NCBI RefSeq assembly: GCF_000284455.1
Contig: NC_017039.1
Coordinates: 1,050,001-1,082,000, forward strand
DNA: 32,000 nucleotides
Direction: 5' to 3'
DNA from: Synechocystis sp. PCC 6803 substr. PCC-P
Lineage (GTDB): Bacteria > Cyanobacteriota > Cyanobacteriia > Cyanobacteriales > Microcystaceae
Of this stretch, positions 10,076-18,900 are shown one piece after another (the stretch's first letter is position 1; the number at the start of each line of letters is the position of its first letter). Both the position numbers and the translations under genes were made by a program. The notes below the pieces were generated by a model that saw nothing but the letters and a program-made list of their open reading frames with translations, was not told where the DNA came from and ran no database searches.

Positions 10076-10176
10076 TACTATATTTGAACATTGGAATTTT
10101 CACCTAACTACCATTGAAAAAATCCGGCCATAAATTTGCCCAACGGTTATTCTGGCTTTGATGGTACTGTATTGGA

Positions 10177-11028
10177 ATGGATAATGTTACTCGCTATCAA
10201 AACGCCGCGCTTCAGTACTACCAAGATCTGACTGGGTCTTCCCATCTCCACTACGGTTATTGGCAACCAATTCCGGAAACCGAAGATGATCTGACTATGG
10301 CTAAATTGCGCCATGCTCAGGAAAAATATACTGACCATTTGCTTTCATTTTTACCGCAGAATATCGAAACTGTATTGGATGTGGGTTGTGGCAACGGTGA
10401 TAACGCCAGTCAACTAATTGGCAAAGGTTTACAGGTGGAAGGAATTGCCCCAGATCCTTTTCAGGAGTCAAGTTTTTTACAAAAGACTGGGGGCAAAGCT
10501 CGCTTTAATAGTAATACTTTCCAAGGTTTTATAGAAGATTGGCAACGGATTGGTTCTATGCCCCAATATGATTTGTTGCTTTTTAGTGAAAGTACCCAAT
10601 ATATGGCTGTAGCCACTATCGCCGATGGGGCAAAATTATTGGTAAAACCAGGGGGTTATGTTCTCTTGGCTGATATGTTTCGTAAAAATGAAGATTATCA
10701 GACAGGAATGTTTTCCAATTGTTTGATCAAAAGTGAATTACAGATGGCGATGAAAGAAGCCGGTTTTATTCTGCTCGATAGGGATGATATTTCCCAACAA
10801 ATTGTACCTACCTTAGACCTTTGTGTGCAAAATTTTCAAACTTTTGGTGTTTCAACTTTAACCTATTTAGCTAGTTTAGTCAGAATTGCAGTCCCCCCTC
10901 TGTATAAAATTTTCGATTACTTTTTGGGTAAAAAGGCTAAGGTTTTGGTAAAGGAAGGATTACAGGCTGGGAATATTTTTCGGGATCATCTATGCTACGA
11001 AATTCAACTTTGGCAAAAGCTTACTTAA
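10177..11028 (+). CDS. class I SAM-dependent methyltransferase
   Basis: VLDVGCGNGDNASQLIGKGLQVEGIAPDP motif I; LLVKPGGYVLLADM. Confidence 0.88.
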   Translation: MDNVTRYQNAALQYYQDLTGSSHLHYGYWQPIPETEDDLTMAKLRHAQEKYTDHLLSFLPQNIETVLDVGCGNGDNASQLIGKGLQVEGIAPDPFQESSFLQKTGGKARFNSNTFQGFIEDWQRIGSMPQYDLLLFSESTQYMAVATIADGAKLLVKPGGYVLLADMFRKNEDYQTGMFSNCLIKSELQMAMKEAGFILLDRDDISQQIVPTLDLCVQNFQTFGVSTLTYLASLVRIAVPPLYKIFDYFLGKKAKVLVKEGLQAGNIFRDHLCYEIQLWQKLT

Positions 11029-11155
11029 ATTGCTGGGGATGATCTAGATTTACCTTGGGCAGGGGAAAGTTAAGAATAATGACTAATTTGTCTTGATGGC
11101 CAAAGCCCAGAAGTATAAGTAGAGTAAGGCCCCTTCACCGCCGGAGAGAACAATT

Positions 11156-11494
11156 ATGTCCGCTGAATTTTTTGACTGCCTCCAACATAAATGCGCCTAT
11201 GTGGCGATCGGAGAATTTAAACCCGGTCGGTTTGCAGAAGCCCAACGGTTATATGAGAAGGCCATTTCCACCTATAAAAGTGGCTTTAAGGGTGCCTTCC
11301 TGCTAAGAAAACCCAATTCCGACGAGGGCATTGCCGTGATTCTCTGGAATACGATCGAAGATATGGAGGCGAATCAAACGGAAGTCCATCGCAAAATTTT
11401 GGACGAAATGGGCCCTTTGTTTAATGTGCCTCCGGTCACCAATATTTATGAAGTTTGTAGCGAAGTGGAAGCCTATGGTAAGGTGCTCTGCTAA
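11156..11494 (+). CDS. small hypothetical protein, possibly dimeric alpha/beta-barrel (ABM-like)
   Basis: MSAEFFDCLQHKCAYVAIGEFKPGRFAEAQRLYEKAISTYKSGFKGAFLLRKPNSDEGIAVILWNTIEDMEAN...; 2 nt before the next ORF, likely cotranscribed. Confidence 0.7.
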   Translation: MSAEFFDCLQHKCAYVAIGEFKPGRFAEAQRLYEKAISTYKSGFKGAFLLRKPNSDEGIAVILWNTIEDMEANQTEVHRKILDEMGPLFNVPPVTNIYEVCSEVEAYGKVLC

Positions 11495-11496
11495 CC

Positions 11497-12366
11497 ATGT
11501 ACAACATTAGCTTTACCCCCGATCGCCCGCTGACCTACCATTTGGAGGATGATCAAAGTCTGGCCCGTCTTTCCCTCGTGCCGGGGCGGGGCGGTCTGGT
11601 GACCGAGTGGACCGTTCAAGGTCAGCCCATCCTGTATTTTGACCGAGAGCGGTTCCAGGATCCATCCCTGTCAGTACGGGGAGGCATCCCAATTTTGTTT
11701 CCCATTTGTGGCAATCTGCCCCAGGATCAGTTCAACCACGCCGGTAAAAGCTATCGCCTGAAACAACATGGTTTTGCGCGGGATCTGCCGTGGGAAGTAA
11801 TCGGCCAGCAAACCCAAGACAATGCCCGGTTGGATCTACGGTTGAGCCACAATGATGCCACCCTCGAAGCTTTCCCTTTTGCATTTGAGTTGGTTTTCAG
11901 CTATCAACTCCAGGGCCATAGCCTCCGCATTGAACAACGTATTGCCAACCTTGGCGATCAGCGGATGCCCTTTTCCCTCGGTTTCCATCCCTATTTTTTC
12001 TGCCGAGAGAAGTTAGGGATTACGTTAGCAATTCCTGCCAATGATTACCTAGACCAAAAAACTGGCGATTGCCATGGCTATGACGGGCAACTGAATCTAA
12101 CTTCCCCGGAATTGGATTTAGCCTTTACCCAAATTTCCCAGCCAAGGGCCCATTTTATTGACCCAGACCGGAATTTAAAGATAGAAGTTAGCTTCAGCGA
12201 ACTGTACCAAACTCTGGTGTTGTGGACTGTGGCTGGGAAAGATTATCTGTGCCTCGAGCCTTGGAGCGGGCCTCGCAATGCCCTCAATAGCGGCGAGCAG
12301 TTAGCTTGGGTAGAACCCTATTCTTCCCGTTCCGCCTGGGTAAATTTTCAGGTGTCCACTGAGTGA
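11497..12366 (+). CDS. aldose 1-epimerase / mutarotase family protein
   Basis: SVRGGIPILFPICGNLP...LKQHGFARDLPWEV...FSLGFHPYF...YLCLEPWSGPRNALNSGEQL; conserved His residues of galactose mutarotase fold. Confidence 0.9.
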   Translation: MYNISFTPDRPLTYHLEDDQSLARLSLVPGRGGLVTEWTVQGQPILYFDRERFQDPSLSVRGGIPILFPICGNLPQDQFNHAGKSYRLKQHGFARDLPWEVIGQQTQDNARLDLRLSHNDATLEAFPFAFELVFSYQLQGHSLRIEQRIANLGDQRMPFSLGFHPYFFCREKLGITLAIPANDYLDQKTGDCHGYDGQLNLTSPELDLAFTQISQPRAHFIDPDRNLKIEVSFSELYQTLVLWTVAGKDYLCLEPWSGPRNALNSGEQLAWVEPYSSRSAWVNFQVSTE

Positions 12367-12492
12367 CTGTGCCGCCCTTTCCACTTGGATAAAAGTCCGT
12401 TGGCAGTCCCAATTTAAGGGAGGAAGTTGTAATCCTCCCGAAATCAAGCCCTTGGGCTATGGCTCAATCAACTCCGTTCAGACTATGGAGAT

Positions 12493-15459
12493 CTAAAAGT
12501 TTCCCTGGAGGGCCTCGTTGCACCGCTCACAAATGGTGGGGTCATCGCTGAAACTGCCCACTTGGGTGGAATAATTCCAGCAACGCTCACATTTATGACC
12601 GTCGGCTTTAGTGACAATAATCTTAATGGGTTTAGTGCGAATATTATTATCATGCCGTTCCAGGTTAATTACTACGGTTTCCTCATACGTAAAAGATGGT
12701 TCAATTTCAGCAGACTTGATAAACTCAACTTGAGAAGTTAGAAATATGTTGCGAAGCGAAATTTTTCGGTCATTGGGATCAAATGTGGGTTCATTAAAAT
12801 TTTCTAACCATCCGTAGAACCAATGCACAAAATTTTCTCCTTGTTTTTCATCCGTGCCACTTTCAGCAGTTCGGGGATCCACAATAATCAATTTAGCCTC
12901 CAAAGATGAACCTATCACTTTGTCCCTTCGAGCCTGTTCGAGAAGTTGGTTAATTCCATCTCGTAATTGACGTAGGCTAACCCACTTTTGAGCTAATTGC
13001 GGCTGTTGCCATTGGGCATCTAAATTTACCCAGCCTGATTGGAATACCGATTCCGTCGGTTTTTCGTAGGGTAAAAATTGCCAAATGTCCTCCGCTAAAT
13101 GACACAGCACAGGGGCGATCGCCTTGGTTAAATTTTCCAACGCCAACTGGAGAATGGTTTGGCAACTGCGGCGACGGGGAGCATTGGGGGCGGAAATATA
13201 CAGACGGTCTTTAGCAATATCTAAGTAGAAGTTAGACAAATCCACCACACAGAAGTTTTGCACCGTTTGGAAAAACTTAAAGAATTGGAAACTTTCGTAG
13301 GCTTCCGTTACTTCCGTAAATACTTCCGTCATACGGTGTAACATATAGCGGTCTAATTCTGGCAAATCTTCATAGGCCACTGCATCGGTTTCAGGATTAA
13401 AATCATGCAAGTTACCTAGTAAAAACCGGGCCGTATTGCGAATTTTATTGCGTATATCTACCAACTGTTTGAGAATGCCCTGGCCAATGGGCACATCATT
13501 GGCGTAATCTACCGATGCCACCCAAAGCCGCAACACATCAGCCCCATAGGCCGGTTCCTGTTTTTGATTTTTACCGCCATTAATAATCTGGTAGGGGTCC
13601 ACCACATTGCCCAGGGATTTGCTCATTTTGTGACCCTTTTCATCCAGTACAAAACCGTGGGTCAACACTGTTTTATAGGGGGCAATGCCATTTACTGCCA
13701 CACTGGTGAGTAAACTGGACTGGAACCAACCTCGATGCTGGTCGGAACCCTCCAAATACATATCCACCGGGTATTTTAATGGTCGATTTTTTGCATTTGC
13801 GACCGCTGCCCAGGAAGAGCCAGAATCAAACCATACGTCCATGGTGTCTTCCCCTTTGCGGTAAGTACGACCATTGTTGCGGTATGCTTCCGGCAGGAGT
13901 TCCTCTACGGTTAATTCCCACCAAGCATCGGAACCTTTTTCCGCAATGATTTGTTGCACATGATTAATGGTTTCTTCCGTTAGCAAAGGCTCACTGGTTT
14001 CCTCGTCATAAAATACGGGAATAGGAACCCCCCAAGCCCGTTGCCGGGAAATGCACCAATCACTGCGATCGCCAACCATGGGAGTGATGCGATTTTCCCC
14101 CTGGGTTGGAATCCAGGTAACTTCTTTGATCGCTTTTAAAGCTTGATCCCGAAAACCTTCCACCGAAGCAAACCACTGTTCCGTGGCTCGGAAAATAGTC
14201 GGCTTTTTGGTGCGCCAATCGTAGGGATATTTATGCTCATAAGCTTCTTCTTTGAGCAAAACTTTTTGATCTTGCAACGCATTAATAATGGCTTCATTGG
14301 CATCGTTGAGCACATTAAGCCCCGCAAATTTCCCTGCTTCCTCCGTTAAATTGCCCGCCGCATCCACCGGGGACAAAATTGGTAAGCCATACCGTTGCCC
14401 GACAACGTAATCTTCTTGACCGTGGCCTGGAGCCGTATGCACTAGCCCGGTACCAGATTCGGTAGTGACATAATCGCCACCAATAACAATGGGACTAACC
14501 CGGTCAAACAGAGGATGCTGATAACAGGTATTTTCCAAACTTTCCCCTTGCAGAGTTACTTTAACCGTTAATTTGACCCCGAAAGTTTCACTTAATTTTT
14601 CCACTAAATCCAGGGCCACAATTAAGTAACTGCGATGAAAAATATGGGACTCCGTTTCCACCACCGCATAGGTTAATTCCGGATTTAATGCCACGGCCAA
14701 ATTGCCCGGCAATGTCCAGGGGGTTGTAGTCCAAATGGCCACCGCTAAATCATCAATGTAGGGGGCCAAAATTTCAGCGGCTTTCTCCCCTGCTTGGGTG
14801 ATGGGAAAACTAACGTAAATACTGCGGGAAGTATGACCTTCAGGATATTCCAACTCCGCTTCTGCTAGGGCTGTGCGGGAACTAGGACTCCAATGGACCG
14901 GTTTTAAACCCCTGTAGATATAACCTTTCAACGCCATGGCCCCAAATACGCCAATCTGGGCCGCCTCATATTCCGGGGTCAGGGTTAAATAAGGCTTTTT
15001 CCAATCCCCCCAAATGCCATAACGCTGGAATCCCACCGCCTGTTCCTGTTGGGCTTTGAGGGCAAAATCCCTGGCTTTGTGACGGAGGGTGAGGGGAGTT
15101 AATTCCGCCCGTTCACTGCTTTTTAAACTTTGTAGAACTTTCAACTCAATGGGCAAACCGTGGCAGTCCCAACCGGGAACGTAATGGACTTTATGCCCCT
15201 GTAATAGTTTATACTTATTAATAATGTCCTTGAGAACTTTGTTTAAAGCATGGCCCATGTGGAGGGCACCGTTGGCGTAGGGCGGCCCATCGTGGAGCAC
15301 AAACAAATCTTTGGGATTATTGTCGGCTAAATCTGCGTAAATTCCTTTTTCCTGCCAATATTGCTGAATTTCCGGCTCTCTTTTGTTAGCGTTGGCCCGC
15401 ATATCAAAGCGGGTTTGGGGCAAGTTAACGGTGTCTTTATAACTTTTGGCTTCAGTCAC
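12493..15459 (-). CDS. ileS: isoleucyl-tRNA synthetase
   Basis: HDGPPYANGALHMGHALNK (HIGH-type), DWKKPYLTL, KMSKSLGNVVDP (KMSKS), C-terminal CERCWNYS...CERC zinc site. Confidence 0.97.
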   Translation of the reverse strand: MTEAKSYKDTVNLPQTRFDMRANANKREPEIQQYWQEKGIYADLADNNPKDLFVLHDGPPYANGALHMGHALNKVLKDIINKYKLLQGHKVHYVPGWDCHGLPIELKVLQSLKSSERAELTPLTLRHKARDFALKAQQEQAVGFQRYGIWGDWKKPYLTLTPEYEAAQIGVFGAMALKGYIYRGLKPVHWSPSSRTALAEAELEYPEGHTSRSIYVSFPITQAGEKAAEILAPYIDDLAVAIWTTTPWTLPGNLAVALNPELTYAVVETESHIFHRSYLIVALDLVEKLSETFGVKLTVKVTLQGESLENTCYQHPLFDRVSPIVIGGDYVTTESGTGLVHTAPGHGQEDYVVGQRYGLPILSPVDAAGNLTEEAGKFAGLNVLNDANEAIINALQDQKVLLKEEAYEHKYPYDWRTKKPTIFRATEQWFASVEGFRDQALKAIKEVTWIPTQGENRITPMVGDRSDWCISRQRAWGVPIPVFYDEETSEPLLTEETINHVQQIIAEKGSDAWWELTVEELLPEAYRNNGRTYRKGEDTMDVWFDSGSSWAAVANAKNRPLKYPVDMYLEGSDQHRGWFQSSLLTSVAVNGIAPYKTVLTHGFVLDEKGHKMSKSLGNVVDPYQIINGGKNQKQEPAYGADVLRLWVASVDYANDVPIGQGILKQLVDIRNKIRNTARFLLGNLHDFNPETDAVAYEDLPELDRYMLHRMTEVFTEVTEAYESFQFFKFFQTVQNFCVVDLSNFYLDIAKDRLYISAPNAPRRRSCQTILQLALENLTKAIAPVLCHLAEDIWQFLPYEKPTESVFQSGWVNLDAQWQQPQLAQKWVSLRQLRDGINQLLEQARRDKVIGSSLEAKLIIVDPRTAESGTDEKQGENFVHWFYGWLENFNEPTFDPNDRKISLRNIFLTSQVEFIKSAEIEPSFTYEETVVINLERHDNNIRTKPIKIIVTKADGHKCERCWNYSTQVGSFSDDPTICERCNEALQGNF

Positions 15460-15652
15460 AGTGGCTTGGGGCAGAATTGTGCATAGGAATACTTGCTGAT
15501 TTTACCCCGTTTTCCTAGCCCATCTACTGCGGTTTTACTCCCTAAAGGGCGATCGCCGTGGGCCGGCCTTGGCTTGATCTGCTCTGGCAGGCCAGTATAA
15601 TTCCAAGGGATAATCGTCTATCAACCTGCTGAATTTTCCGGAACAACGGACC

Positions 15653-15877
15653 ATGAATGAACCAAAACAGACCGAAACCGTCCAGGTGGTGGAAAAAGTT
15701 AGCGCGATCCTTTCCCCCTATTTCATCGTCATTGTGGGTTTGTTTTTGGCCGATAGCAATTTTCTCATTGGCATTGCCCTGGTGTTTGTGGGGGTATTTT
15801 CCCTGCTGAAACTTTCCTGGCACGATGTGCAAACGGGGGTAGAAAAAGTTAAGGGCTTCTTTGCCGAAAAGCAGTGA
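15653..15877 (+). CDS. small membrane protein (74 aa)
   Basis: MNEPKQTETVQVVEKVSAILSPYFIVIVGLFLADSNFLIGIALVFVGVFSLLKLSWHDVQTGVEKVKGFFAEKQ; two hydrophobic stretches; ORF on the opposite strand lacks protein-like features. Confidence 0.7.
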   Translation: MNEPKQTETVQVVEKVSAILSPYFIVIVGLFLADSNFLIGIALVFVGVFSLLKLSWHDVQTGVEKVKGFFAEKQ

Positions 15878-15914
15878 GTCCCATTAGAAAAAAATTAGAC
15901 TTTTGAGACAGCTA

Positions 15915-18900
15915 CTAAAAAGGTAGATCTTCTTCTTCCTCCGGGGCGATCGCCGGTCGGTTCAGGACGGTGGGTTGGTTAATTTGCAGATGTCCATTGT
16001 GATCCATGGGTTGCTGACCAAGTTCCGCCGTTGGTTCCGTAGATAAATCATCGCCATTATCCGATTCCTGTTTGGGAGCCGCATCGGATGCCACAATTTC
16101 CCCGTCAAAATTTTTGGCAAACTGCTCGATCGCCTTGCGGGTGGCACTGTCACCAATATCTGTCGGAGGCGGCTCTTCCATGGCTGGAGCCGGTTTTGGT
16201 TTGGGCCGAGAAGGATTAGAGAAATTATTTGATTCCCGTCGGGGGGAAGGTTTTATTTCCGATGTAGCGGGGCCCCTGGCGATCGCCGGGGGAGAAGGAG
16301 GCACAGTGGGAGCCGGATTAGCATTAACCGCTGCGGTGGGGGGAGGGCTTGGCTCTGGAGCAAAGGCTGGCGGCTTACTATGGCTAGGGGGAGGAGCGCT
16401 GTTAACCGGAGTAGTTTCCGGGGTCGATGGCTTACCCACCACCAAATTCACTTTCACCGATTGGCCACAGGCTTGCCCTAGGGCCGCTTCCAATTCATCC
16501 TTTTTGCCCGCCGCAATTTTAAGCAGTTGTTGGGTGGTAACACTGACGGTGGCATTATTCCCCACCAAATTGATCAAAGAACCAAAGGATTTAAATAAAG
16601 ATTGACTGAGCGCCCCTAGATTGTTTAACGTTTCCGACCATAACTGGGTCAGATCCCAATGGGCGTTGCTCGGCTCAAAGCTGGATGGCTCTACATCTGC
16701 TTCTAGCTTCTCTTCTAGAACAATAGGTTCAGAAACAGGAATCATTGTAGGAGAATCCACCACGGTTAGATGGTTGTGTGAGCCACCAGGGAAAGTCACC
16801 ACATTACTGGGCTTTGGCGGAGTTATTGGTTGAGCCACAGGTGTTCTAACTGCCGTTTGACTAACTGCCCCAGTGTCCAACCCACAGGCGGATGGCAACA
16901 GCCCCAACAGGGTCACCTCTAGCCAAAGTCGGGGCTGGGTAGTGTTACGAATTTGGATTTCACTTTCCTTAAGTTTTTGTTGTCCTTGCAAAATCACTCC
17001 CCTTTGCCATTGGGGCGCCGTGTCACACAGGGCTTGCCAGGTTTCCGCCGTCACCGCCACCAAATCTGAGCGTTGGGGAGCTGTTTGGGCAATAAGTAAA
17101 TTCAAATAAAAACTGGCTAAATTTTGCAATACCACCAAGGGTTCCCGCCCCCGGTTCAAAATCTGCCGACAGGTAGCCAATAGGGTTTCTGCATCGTCAC
17201 TGGCGATCGCCTCTAGGAGGGCTAACAAATCCTGTTCCGGCACCGCCCCCACGAGGTCCCAAACTTTATCGGGGGTAATCAGGTCGGGGAGCAGACTTAA
17301 TTGATCGAGTAAACTTTCCGCATCCCGTAAACCACCATTGGCAATTTGGGCCACTAGGGTCAAAGCTGGTTGGTCAATATTAATATTTTCTCGCCCAGCA
17401 ATATAACGGAGATGGTCCACCATGGCCTGCAAAGGAATGCGGCGATAATCAAACCGCTGACACCGGGAAATAATGGTGGGTAAAACCCGCTGGGGATCGG
17501 TGGTAGCGAGGACAAAAACAACCCGCTCCGGTGGCTCTTCCAAGGTTTTTAGCAGGGCATTGAATGCGGCCGTGCTCAACATATGACAGTTATGGACTAG
17601 TAAGCCATTGGCAACAAAATTGTGATTATCTTCCACCTCCAGGTCATAAACTTTTTCCACTTGACCCTTAGTGACGGACTCAACTTCCTCGAAATTTGTA
17701 TGCCATTGCGGGGATGGAATAGATTTCCAAGTCCGATAACCACTTGCGGGTGGCCACTGCTCCCATTTTTGTGTAGTAATAGGTTTTGCTGTTAATGCTT
17801 CTGCGATAGGATTTTGCACTGGTGGGATATCCTCTATCGGTAAGCCATTCAGCAATAAGTTGATTTTCTTCCGGGAAAAAGCCCTCTGTGTGTAACTGAA
17901 TTGATGGACTCCCAGATTCGGAAATAGAGAGGGAACCGTCGTCCATGTACCACCAAGCCATTCCTTCTTCAGTGATATGCGAGAGCCATTCCGAAGAAAC
18001 TTGTTTTCTTTTACCTCCAGGTTTGACTGTGCTGAAAACATCAATAAGGTTTGGGGAACAACGGGTTTGACAGCAGATGGAACTTTCCCCATAGCCTTTA
18101 TTGGCTGTGAATCGTATTTTGGGTGACAGACATCCCAGTCTTGCCGCTTTATATTCCATCCATTCTGACTGCTTGGTGCCGTGGGTCCATCGCAAGCGGG
18201 GGAATCGGCTATGTGGGTTGGGATAGTCAATACTTCCATCCCCAAGCAAGGTTCCGTAGATAAGACCGAGAATTTCTGCTCCCAACGGTTCTGACCCTGA
18301 TGTAATTTTTTCTGTTCTGAGATCCCAAAGTCCGTGGCTTTTTTTGTAGGGATGTCTTCGCCAATGGGATTGGATACTTTTAATTTCTCTTCCTTTGCAC
18401 TGCAAAAATGCTGGAATATCAAGTTTTTCGCCACATCCGCATTGACAAAAGGGTCTTGTGGCTTCTGCTTCTTCAAGGATAGAGATAAGGTCGTATTTTT
18501 TTTGTCCGTATTGATTGCCTCGTAGTTGATGGCCCCGGACAAACCGCCTAAGCTTGCGGTCAGTGCCGTACTTTGCGATAAATTGTCCACATCCACACTC
18601 GCAGGGGATAGTATCTTCATTCCGGGAGTGATGTTTTCCGCTCTCGTCCATCCTTGTTCAGTTCTGATTAAATGGTTAGCCGTACACCGTACTGTAGAAT
18701 TTTTTGTCTTAATAGACAATGTTTGCTTTTCGCCTCTGTCAAGCCATCTTAAAACTTTTTTATATTCCCATTGCTGTAGAGTTTCGTTGTAGCTCAGAAC
18801 TTCTCGCCCTTTTATTTGGGGATTGTCAATGGACATTAAGCCATTGCGGGTCAAAACTTGTGAGTCCCCCGTTAAGCATTCATCGATCACATATACTTTA

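Noticed and set aside
14143-14349. Plus-strand ORF opposite ileS
   Set aside because: Antisense to a conserved IleS region; no independent evidence.
16072-16605. 177-aa plus-strand ORF opposite the 3' part of dnaX
   Set aside because: It mirrors the Pro/Ala/Glu-rich tau linker of DnaX, is low-complexity Gly/Ala-rich, and has no motif; best explained as an antisense artefact of compositional bias.
18594-18660. Programmed frameshift from the intein frame into the nested endonuclease frame
   Set aside because: The nested frame has a TGA three codons before its ATG and no classic slippery heptamer is visible there; independent initiation is simpler, though the AAGG sits too close to the ATG to be a good ribosome-binding site.
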